Origin: Nitrospirales bacterium
GTDB taxonomy: Bacteria; Nitrospirota; Nitrospiria; Nitrospirales; UBA8639
Direction: 5' to 3'
NCBI GenBank assembly: GCA_965203295.1
Contig: CBDBCZ010000015.1
Location: forward strand, 192,001-256,000
Length of the DNA stretch: 64,000 nucleotides
Numbering within the stretch: the first letter of the stretch is position 1; every line of letters starts with the position of its first letter. The position numbers were made by a program, and so were the translations under genes. The notes under the pieces are model-generated. The model saw only the letters and a program-made list of their open reading frames with translations. It searched no databases and was not told the origin of the DNA. Positions 32,801 through 44,800 of the stretch are shown here, in pieces.

Positions 32801-35800
32801 ATGACTCCTCACAGAAACTGAACGTAAAGAAACCCTAGCTATACATCATCTTTTCTTAATTTACACCCTAGGATCATATGGTATACGTTTATCCCCTTTG
32901 TGACCTGTCCTTCATGCCAAACATTATTGTACTTATATGCCACCTTTCTACCTTAGATCTCTTCATTTAGGCAGTATTGAAGTGTACATTGCTCTTTGCT
33001 TGTGTTTTTCAGTGTATACCTACCTGATAACAGCTCTGAAGCAGACACTGCTTTACTTCAGCCACTCTACAACTGCTGTCCAGAGTAAAGGTACTTTTGT
33101 ACATTATAGTAAGGCTAGTACGTAGTTGTATCACAGTACAATTGAAGGCATGCACATGGTGTGTACGTACGTCCTGTATCTGTGCTCCCAATGCATGTTC
33201 TGCTTGGTCTGGAGTTGGCATAACTAAGGCTACCACTGCGTACTACATACAGCAGCCCAATGCTAGTGCAACATGGTCATTCAGTCACCATGTATTCCTC
33301 ACTTCATTCCATGATTTTCATTTTAATAATTATTACAAGTGCATTTAGATATACTACCGTAGATCGGGAAATTTTCGTCGTTAAAAATATTTCGTCGGCG
33401 AGCTCTAAGTCGAAAATTTAACACGCGAAATATTTTCAGCGTTGAATAATAAGATCGTTGAATAATTTTCACAATTCCACGTGAAGAGAAAGTAGCCAGA
33501 AGTGGAGAAATCATGGTTCTGCTGTGGTATTTGAAACCAATCGGGTGTGTTCCCGATCCTAGAGGGTCGCTGTCTCGCTTCTCAAGCGATCGCGGAAGCG
33601 AACAAACAATGAGCAAGTATTGACTGAAGGCTCTAAGCGTGGTCCTTACACGAAGTACAGCGCCGCCGTTCGCGCAGCATGGGCGTCGGTTGCATTCCCA
33701 CACTCCCGCTGACATGCTAGGTCCTCTCCAATGGCCGCTTCCCAAAGTTCTCGGTAGATATGGTACCCCCTAAGACACGAAAGCACTCCATTTTCTTTTC
33801 GCACATGTGTGTGATCCGTGTACGTACGTACATGGATTCCGTTCCGCATACGCTACTCGCAACTCGCGTAAAAAAATCGTACCGTTTAAATTTCGTCGCG
33901 TTTAATTTTCGTCGGTTACTAGATCGACGAAAATTAATTACGCGAAAATTTAACAGATGAAAATTTCTACCGCTGAAAATTTCCCGATCTACGGTATATC
34001 CTACTTAGTTGCAAACAATTTTGAGTACATACGTGTAAAGTTACAATTCACTTACGGAATTACACCTTGAAGCACCCTTGCTTCAATTAATACCCACTTC
34101 TGACTCTCACCTACAAGGCAGTTCTGCACACCAAACCAAATTACCTGTCTTAGGAGTCTGGATAAAGGTGGATTGTGCGCCTACCTAACGGCATACCCAC
34201 TACCATATAGAGAGTCTGTATGTATGGTGACATAATTATAGAGATTCTGTATGTATAGTGAGAGGCTTAAACTGCCCAGAAAGGACAGAAGTGCTTCCTG
34301 AATGCCCAACAGATTCTGTCCCCTCATCCCTGGCAACACATTACCATGGGGACCTTATTCTCTGTTGTTTGTAATACTGATGGATGTACTTAAGTAATTA
34401 CTGTGCTAGTAATGCCCATGGAGTATTGGCATATCACCTGCAAATATTATATCCAGTACACTAACAATTGATTGGGTACGCATACATAGCTATATACGTA
34501 GTGTACAATTTTCTTATGGATTTGAAAATTCTCTGCAACCAGTAGCAATGGTGCTGAAATGTTCAATTTACTCTCTCCTTTATTTTATTGGATTATCTGC
34601 AGAAGATTGTCCACCTGAAAATGAAGATGTGGAATCAGGTGACAAACATGTCCATGCCACTCCAGTGGGAAGTAAGGAGAGTGTCCCTACTTGCAGCCTG
34701 GCCAACACCAAGCCACTTATTGATGTGAAAAGAAATCCTTCTCTTGAGATATTTTCAGATCACAGTCCGAATGAGAGTGAAGAGCCAAGTAGTGAGCAGA
34801 AGCACAGACGTAGTGTTACAGATGATGATGGAAGCATTGTCTTTGCTGCATTCCATGAGTTGGAGTCACCACTGCCTCCCAAGAAGTCCTTGGACATTAG
34901 TTTTCAGAGTGATTCACATTTGTCAGGGGCATGCTATACAGAAATTGAAGATTCACAGTCTACCATACAGCCTACACAACCTCGTTCTTCAGAAGCGAAT
35001 CAAATGCAGCTAGCTTCTGACATCCAATTTGGTTCATTTGAATTGGATAGAAAAGAGGAAGAGCATGAAGAAGAGCGTGTACAGCAGAAGTCTGAATGGG
35101 GAACCCTGGTTGTTAAAGTACCAGAGGACTCTACACAGCAGAAACCCCAAAGCCCTCAGCCACTGAATGGATGTAGCAGCCCCGTGAGTAGCCAGAGCAA
35201 TGGAAAGAGGTGTTCCCCTCCAGAACCTCTGGTGCCTAGTGAAGGTTCAGTGAGTCCTATGTGTACTGAAAAGTACAAGGAAGGGGATCAGGAATACGTT
35301 TTCTCTGCTGAAAATTTTTCATTAGATGTAAGTAATCTATATTGTACTGGACAGTACACACATATAATACAGTATGTTAGCCTTGTTTCCAGGTACTTTG
35401 AGTGTCCCGCTTGGCTTGAGACAAAGGGTGTAATGTCATATAACCTTGCTAAGAATGTACATGTACATGTAGGCTTTTTGAGACAGTGCTGTTCAGTATA
35501 ACCTTGAATAGTGCAATGATCTTTGCTACACACACACGCACACACAGCTGCAAGAGTATCCTACTGCATGCCTCAACTGCAAGAGAGCTGTAAAGCATAT
35601 TGCGAAGGTTAGCCATGACAGTGAGGTACTTGTTAAAGCAGTGGATGGTACGTTCATCTGTCTTAATTAATCCTATAGTACTGCCCCGAGAATGAGCTTC
35701 CAGCTAGGAGAGCACCCAAGACACTTCCTAGTAGAGAGTCTCTCAGAAAGATAAAGGAAATCTTCAAGAGATACATGAGTAAGTTCTACAACACATCAAT

Positions 35801-38800
35801 ATATTGACATAATTATAGTTAAATGGCAAAATTACATGTATTAACAGCTATATACATTGTACAATGTAGTGGGTCAGACACATCATCACATAAGAGGTAA
35901 TCTTGGTTGTTCCTGGCAACTGTATCAGAACCTAAAAAGAGTGGAACAGAACTCTTAACACAGTGTAAACCAACCACTATATGGCTCTAAAATTGTGTGT
36001 AGTGGTAACATATCTTGTTTCAGCATCAGTATTCACTTTCTTGAAGTAGTATATACACGTGTACATGTACGTAGCTTTTGTATTCCTGTAGTGGGCACAG
36101 CTTCAAGTTACTATGTAGATTTGCATTACATATACGTAGTACATAATATATTTCATACTCTAGCTAGCACACTGATGGTACAGTTCATGGTGGCCATCAA
36201 CGTACCTTTGCTACAGTATTTTGCATGCCTATGCTACAGCAGGAAGGTGTATCAAGCAAAAAACATGGGGACAAAAAATTCTCGACACATTTTGCAAAAA
36301 TGGAGCAAGTTTTTTCTTGAAATAGAGTGCACAAAAGCTCGATCACTACTGCAATGCTAGCTGGTGCACACCTGACACAGAACCAGTGCAAATTAGGGGG
36401 ATACAGCAATAAACAGTAGCCCATGGCACAGAAAAAAACAAAGCTTAATAATGTGTGTGTTCGTTTACAGGGGGCCATGCAATAAGCTTACAGCCCTACC
36501 ATTTGAGTTCTAGATTTTATACAACTGCTAGCACACACTAGTACGTATTTATGAGCTACATGTACATGTAGCATGGATGTGTCCATACTTCACCCTTCAT
36601 ACGTACATTACTATGACCATACATAATGATTTAGCAAAGTTCACTCCATTTGTTGCTCTGTGCCTCTCCTCTCTTCCTATACCACGCAACAAAATTGCCT
36701 AGTTTACTACATTGATTGAAGTACATTCACTACAGCATGGGTCACTGCAAAAATTAATTAAAAAACCAGATGTTCAATATAGAGGGTGCACTGTAGTGGC
36801 ATGGCCTAGCATGAAAAGCGACAAGGAGGAAAGTTGTTAGAAAATTTTAGAAGCGTAAAACTTTGCAGCTTGGTTGTTTAATTGCTAGATCAACTTGATC
36901 TAGTAATCAAACTATGAGTAAGCCAGTTCAATATTGTGCTTAATATTTATGCTACATGTATGTGCACATGGCGGTGCTGTGGACTCCAATTTGTATTTGT
37001 TATATACTTTGATGAACCGCTGGGACTGCAGTACTGAACCCTTTGTGTCTCCTACAATAGAGAGTGTGATGCCACGGGAGCAGCACCTGCAGATGAGGCA
37101 GAGCATTTGTGACTCCATCCAGGCAGACATCCTACAAATATTCCCCAGTAAGTCTCATAAATGTACATGCAGTAATCCATTACACATTGATATTCTTAGC
37201 AGAAATACATACATTCTCTACCATTTGTGGGGGGAGGCCTTCCAATGAGAAGATATGAGGCTGGAACTGAAAATTCTACACTATTGTGTCCATGTCTACT
37301 GACAATAAAACTTCACAAGGTTTATTCTTTTCTTGGGACTTAATGGTAACTGATAACTACAGCATGCATTGTTGTACTCTCTCCCACACATTTCATCTTC
37401 TGCTGATGATCTCACAGAGAGTATCCCATGTAGAAAGTCATGTAAACATATGAACAGCTGCATCTTTATCTGGTGTATTGTATCTTGTGATGACCTAGGT
37501 ACATTGTGGCTACCTACGGGTGACACCACTATTCAACTCCTGAGATATAATATGAACACAACAATTTGTCTACATTTTCATCCGTGAAATCCTTTTGTTA
37601 ACATGCCAACATGAAATGGTCCCTACAAGCCGCTGAGGATAACACATGCTACGAAGGGCTTTCATGTACACATATTATATAAAAACTAACTATATTTGGT
37701 TTGCAAATCCAGCAGTAAAAAAAATTGCAGATAATATTTTTTTTTCTACAGCAGCCAGTGTTGAGCTGTTTGGATCCTCAGCCAATGGGTTTGGCTCCTT
37801 CTTAAGTGATCTGGACCTCTGTATGATGTTGGGAGAAGAAGAACAAGAAGAAGTATGTTGTACTTAAGCTAGACAATTCCATTGCAACAACTTTGGTGTG
37901 CACGTACATGATACTTGGTGATATTGAATTGTTTCTGTTCATTTTATATGTATAGGATAGATCACTGCGTAGCGGGGTGTATGACCAGTTATCTACTGTG
38001 GGAAAAGTTATCTCCCGCGGAAGCCGAGGAACTTCCGAGGCTTCCAAGGGAGATAACTTTTCCCAAGGTAGATAACGGGTCATACAACCTGCTATGCAGT
38101 GATCTACCTATTTTGTACTATGCCTGAGTCATTCTAACAAGAGTTGGTAGGTCTGTAAAAAAGCTAGAAGCTTGAAAGGCACGATACGGCAATCCGGCCA
38201 ACTGACATCAAGACTCGATTAAGACAGAGTAGCAGACTAAGCTACAGCAGGGAAAGCACTCCCAGAAACTGTAGCAAGACCGAGTGACAGCTAGGAGCCA
38301 CAGTAAGTAACCATCCATCCCGAGCCTACACAAAACGGTAGGCTGGCAGCGTTACTACACGCACAAAACTCAGCGAAACTAGAGAACAGTAGCTTACCGT
38401 GCTTTTCCATATCACTTTCCAACGATTTACGAGTAAAATAGCCGCCATACGTTTTGCCTAGGCTCCCTCAGCCACCAGCTATTGCAGCTTTCTCACCGTT
38501 TGAACGACTGGAACGGAATCGGGTACCTGCCTCACGTAGCAGTTGGGGTATATTTTTCCCTGCGGTGGAATATGACCTGTTATCTACCCGTAATGCTGAA
38601 ATCTGATTGGTTAGAATGACTTAGGCATAGTATAAACTATACATATATGTACATTAGTATAACTTATTGCAAAATTGCATATTATGGTTATACAATACCT
38701 GTCCTCCAGCTCAGCAAAAGTGAAGTGATCGAAGCAGTAGCTGCTGAGTTGGATAAGTACCCAGGTAATGAATATAAGCAAGAGTTGATAACACGTACTG

Positions 38801-41800
38801 CTTTTCACTTCTTGAGTGTTGTTTTCATCGTTTCTACATGGTCATTTTACAGGCAAATACCAGTTTATCTTGCCAATCACTACCGCCAGAGTGCCGATAG
38901 TGAAATTCCTGCTAGTAAGGCGGTAAGTCATAGTTCATCTATTTTAGGATGCCTTTCAGTAGTTGTGTACATGCATGAATATAAAAATATATCTAAAAGT
39001 ACAAGAAGATTGTCTCTCATCTAATGCATACTCTACATTCACTACAGGCGCCTTGAGTGTGACATCAGTCTGGAAAACCGTCTGGTATGTACAAGTACAT
39101 ATGTTACATGTACTACCTCTAATTCTATATGGATGTAAAAACTGGGTATGCTTAATTAAATTATTTATTAATTAAATTAATAATTTATTGCTTTAGGCCC
39201 TGAGAAACACAAAAATGCTGGCAGCGTATGCTCGCATAGATGATCGAGTGAAGATATTGGGCTATGCCGTCAAGCACTTTGCTAAAGTAAGCAGCTGCTA
39301 TTGTGTGCACTATTATATGAGTTATAGCTTCAATTGTAGGAAACATTGTGTGCAAAGGTGCAGTACCTATCTGTGTATATAATTTGCTGCCAAGTAGCCG
39401 CCAAAAAAAAACAGAGAGATAGTAGTGGTGAGCCACATGTACTGATATAATTATGTAAACATGGTTAGTTGACTGGGCAAATAACAGCACCGTTTGTGCT
39501 CTGAAAAAAAAACAGCAAACAGAAACGTTACGCTACGTACTCTCCAAATGCATTTCTTCAACAAATTGTTCCAGGACTTTTCTCTTGGAAACCAGTCCAA
39601 TATTTCGAAAAACAGCCAGCCAGTACATTAACCACAGCTCAGCTCAGAAACAGGACAGGCCTATTGCAGCTATTAATAGTATAAGTAACTAATTGCAGTA
39701 TTATACTGAAAGTGCTGACTTGGCCGTTGTCAGCTCATGTTTCGAGAGTCGGCTATGTTCAGTTCATCTCACCGACTCCCTCAGTCTGTCAAGCTTCCTG
39801 ACATGTTGGGCTTTCGTTTCTTGGAAGGTTTTCTCCGTGGCTGATCTGTACATTTTTGTGATATGGCTGAAATCTTCCAGTGTCATACAGCATCCCAGGT
39901 TCTGTTTCAGCCAGCGTGCCTCGTCCTCAAATCGCTCCTTCTGAGCTGAGGACCACCGAATTCACTCTTGGAGGTAAAGCTGGCTCAATCTTTCGGCAAA
40001 CTGGTATCCTCTGCGAGTCTTCACAAGCGGTTGTACTCTTAGACTGTCTAGTATCAAGTTCTCATTCTTGCAACGAAGGATAAGCATCGTATGATTCCTA
40101 AGCCTAGCTATCTAGTTCTGAGCTGTACTGCTCACGTCTTCGACACAATACCTCAAAGAGGATCTCCGTTGGTTTTTGGCATTTATGATGATCAGAGTTC
40201 TCTTTCTACCAACCAGGAATTTGACTTCTCAAGTCTTCAAATGCCACCGCAAATTTGGCTTCTCAAAACCTTCATCTTTAAATACTGACGTTTTGACTGC
40301 TGGGCTGCATTCTTCCTCAGAGCAGACATCAATACATTACAGGCAAAACAGAGAATGAACAGTCTATGGTCTAGCCTAATCAGCTTCTAGAAGCGAAGCC
40401 CTGACAGAGTCTTGACAGAGTCTGAGTCCAGACAGAGTCCAAACCAGAGGGTCCTAATTTCAAAACAATGTAAACGCAAATCAGCCTAACCCTAATTGTC
40501 TTATTCAGGTGTGTGACATGGGAGATGCCTCTACTGGAAGCCTTTCTTCCTATGCCTATATTTTGATGTTGATCCACTACCTCCAGAAGACCAGCCCCCC
40601 AGTTGTTCCTGTTCTTCAGCAGGTACGTAAGTACGATTACTAATGCCAATCTGAAGTGTTTATCCAGAAATACTGGAAGATTCTGACAAACAATTTGTGG
40701 TGGAATTGGAGTATTTATTCATTTTGCTCTCTTCCAGTGTCCAGAATTCTATTTAGAATGTGTGTAAATTACATAGTAACAGTAGTGTCATGGATAGGCA
40801 TGCAGAAACTAGGTCTTCCCACACCGGAAAAAAAAAAGCTGTGTGGAAATTTAGGCCTGGGTCTGGCAGTAGCGCCAAATATAAAACGAATGTTCGTCAA
40901 AGTCTACCTGTTTGGAGAATCCTACCCCTCACAGTTTTAATGACAGTAATACTGATCAAGATACACGACATGGCTAAGCAGTATAAGAGTGGCTTATTGA
41001 TGTTAAAGGCATAGTACTATAAACAGAATTGCTAGCAAACTACAGCTGCTCCCTTTGTGGATATAGATTTTCACTTACTGGAAAACGTGGTGCCACTTCA
41101 TTTAATGTTGGAATGCATGTGTCCAGCCTCTGTCATACCTATAGCTGTACAAGTGTGTTAAGAGAGAGCTGGAATGTGGCGAATATACGTGTAGCTCTAT
41201 TAGATATACATGTACATGTATGTACACTATTAGATGTACATACATGTAGCATCAATAAGTCACTCTTATACTGCTTAGCCATGTCGTGTATCTCGGGGGG
41301 AGAGGCCTAATGAGAGAGTACTTACAGTTGGAATTGGCTGGGTCCTACTGGCAAGTGCTACTAGCGGGTTTAGTGGCTATATAAAGCTTGCCTACTGCTC
41401 CTCTGCCAAGGGGTTCCAGTAGCTCAGTGGTAAGAGCATCTGACTAGTATTTAGAAAGTCCTGGGTTCAATCCCCAGCTGGGTACCGTTTTGATTACTCT
41501 CTCAGAAAGCTTATCATCTCTTGAAGAGTTGAATTGCAATGTGACTACTTAGTTTTATGTTCTATGTCTTTGGTGGTTTAATTACCCCGGCAGTCTGATC
41601 CAAGCTAAGTTTGGGTGTAGCACGTTTATCCTGTTTAGATGGGGGGAGAGGCCTAATGAGAGAGTAATTACATGTGGAATTGGCTGGGTCCTACTGGCAA
41701 GTGCTACTAGCGAGTTTAGCGGCTATAAAAGTTGCCTACTGCTCCTCGGCAAGGAGTGGATTGTGGTGCATGTGTGTGGTTGGCAAGATGGCAATCTGTG

Positions 41801-44800
41801 AAACTTTTGTGGTGTCAATCATTCCTACCTTGTTTAGTGGCTTTTTTTTTATTCTAGCCCTACATGTGCCGTCATTTTTTAAAATGATTTTTCTAAAACT
41901 TATTGAGCCCAGGAACATGGTGTATATTAGTGTGGTTGTGTGCATGCTTTTGTGGTAATGATTAAGCCGTCTTGCATGTAGCACAATCAAATTATTATAG
42001 TGTAACAGTTAGCATACATGCACCTTGCGGAATATGCTGTGAGTGCTTTGTTGAAGATTTATGTTCATTGCAATTATGTCAATCCTCAGTCAGTAGTGTG
42101 TATACATGTAGTAATTTTGTGTGGATGCAGTTGTTTGGTGTGGTTCTGTGAGGTAGAGCATAGGGATGAAGTTAAAGCTGATCTAGCTAGCTGATGATGT
42201 GAGTGCAAGTGACTATAATCATTGAATCACTACCCTAAAATTGTCCTGCATCACTCTATAAATTGTTTAATTAACCCTCCTTGCGTGTGCACATGGGGTA
42301 ACAATATAACACTGAGGGAGGCAAACAGAAACTCCACTACAACCTCTGGTTCTAGCCCTGAACATGTTCAGCGTTATCTCTAGAGATGTACGTATGCACA
42401 CTAAGGCATGCACGTTTACAGTGGCATTGCTGCTGTTGCCTTGGTTTGGCCATTATTATATGAACTTACCACTCTTACGTAATTTTACATGATAGGCTAA
42501 ATGTAGTAGCTACTGTACATAACGTGGTCTTAAAAATTGAACCCAAATTTGTTTTTGTTTGTAGCTCTTCCAAGATGGCGTGACCAGCTGTACTGAACCA
42601 ACCATTGATTCATGGAACTGCTACTTCTATGAGTTTTCAGATGCACAAAAAGAACTGGTAAGGCTCCTAGCTCACTGGTGGCTCTCAATCTTTGCACCTT
42701 AATTATAACAGTTAGTTGAGGGGCATACTCCGGGCCTTTGGGGATGACAAGGCTTGTTTTGATGAGACTTGTAGTCTACTATTTTGAAAGAATAGGCAAT
42801 CTGGTGGGTCCCATGTCCATGGTAGCCTCATTTCAGGCCACTTAGAAATTGGAGTGGCCTTGGAATGTGACAATGCCACCATAAGAGGTGAGTAGGCAAG
42901 TTGTTCTTAGCTTGCATGGTAACAGATAAAAATTTGAAGCGGGTTTTATACGAGAAGCTGGCTTTCACCTTCATCCTTTTGATTAAATGCTAGCAGTCGC
43001 CTTTGCTCGGTAGTGCAGACAGGCTGTCTGGTTGCATAACTGGATACCCAGCTATGTAACTGGCAGTCAGTTATGCAACCAGACAAGTTACATAAATCCT
43101 TAGGTGAAGAAAGCCTTATTTCATATCTCTTAATTCATATGCAAGTTTCTACGCACTGCTAAAATATCAGTTACTTACTCTAAGCTTTTCGTACTCTGGG
43201 GTGGGTATTTGTTTTGAGTGTTCTTCAATTTGAGTCCATCGACTCTATTGCTAGACAAGTAAGCAGTATTGTCTCTTTCATTTGTCCGCTATATATAGCA
43301 TATGTCACCCACACTGAATGGTATAGTCCTTTTTACCTCAGGCTAAAGTATGGCCAGACTACAACAAGAATGAGCAAAGTGTTGGTGAACTCTGGTTGGG
43401 ATTCTTGAGGTGAGGACACAGAGTGCATGGGTTTGTGATACAAGTCTGCAGAAGAAAGATATACATGTACATGTGTCTTTTTTTTTAGGTATTTTGCCAC
43501 AGAGTTTGATTGGAGCAAGAATGTGGTCACTATCAGGCAGCTTCAGACTATGACAAAATTTGACAAATGGTGGATGAGCAAGTGCATGTGTATTGAAGGT
43601 ACATAGTAGTGATATCAAATAGACAATTATTGCTATATCTGAATGTGTTTACATATATACACTTTATAGATATGCATATACTGCTATGTGCTTACTTTAA
43701 GTTTGCCTACTGTAGGACCGGTTATAATTGCGATAATTTATTAATTGTGAATGCGAAGATTTTTTGAAGCTCGCAAAAAATTAGAACACAATCATGCGTT
43801 ACGCAGTACGCACACGCATAAACGCAATTACGCAATTTGCATTCAAAACGCGAAAAACACAAGATTTTACTACGCAATTAAAACCAGTCCTATAGTATAA
43901 CATTTGTGGTGACAAATTTAGCACGTTTCGCGGATATCAATGTTGGCAGTTTGTCTTTCTTCAGAAGGTAGTAACAGTTCACTTTTTTTTTCAAAGCCAT
44001 TGAGTGAGAATGGAATCAATGCAGTAAAAATGCATGTACCTAGTAATCTTCTATCCCACACTAAACGATTGCTGTTCCCTCCATTCCTGAAATGTGTACT
44101 TCAGTCGCACTGCCACTTTCAGAATCCCACCATACGATTAACATTACCACAATGTTCTTGTCCTCTGACTGGAGATCTTACAAGCTCTTCCTGCATTACA
44201 ACATGAGTATTGTAAGTCACAGTTACGTTCTTAGGGGAGAAGTCAGGCTCCTCTCCGAACTAGGGCAGATAGATCAATGTTCACAACAATTCATGTCTAC
44301 AAAGGATAATTTGCCATCAATGTACTAAAGTATCAATGTCAGACAGTATGCAAAGCATGCTCAGCAAGAGTAAACAACTCTGCAGGGATCTCCAATAACT
44401 TGTACTATCACTGCTGTGGCTAATTTATAAACTATGCCCTTTCACTTGTCAATGGTGGGTTTTCCCAGGAACTTCGTCTTTAGCACCATTCCCAGGTTTG
44501 TATACACTGAGCGAGTTAGCCAGAGGGTATAGGCAAGTGGTTGCACGCCTAACTGTTTGCTATACTGCCGCACAACTGTTGCTACACGTGATGCGCCTAC
44601 AGCGATAATTAGTTATGTATTTTTGCTCGCGGTTCGTTTTTCTAATAATATTATTTGTAAGGAAAGTAACCACAAACTCCACCCCATATCTCCCTTGTAA
44701 TATGATAATAAGGTTTTATGGCATTGCTGCAGCAGTACCATACACTTAGATCGACATGCATGGATATGTGCCTCATGAAATGGCTATTAATTAGATGGTA

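Noticed and set aside
34548..35501. Stand-alone 317-aa gene
   Set aside because: Contains the acidic linker exon 34603-35327 of the TUT gene, bounded by in-phase splice sites.
41413..41485. Functional tRNA-Thr(AGT) gene
   Set aside because: Mismatched acceptor and anticodon stems in this copy, and the flanks are shared with another dispersed copy. Better explained as a repeat.
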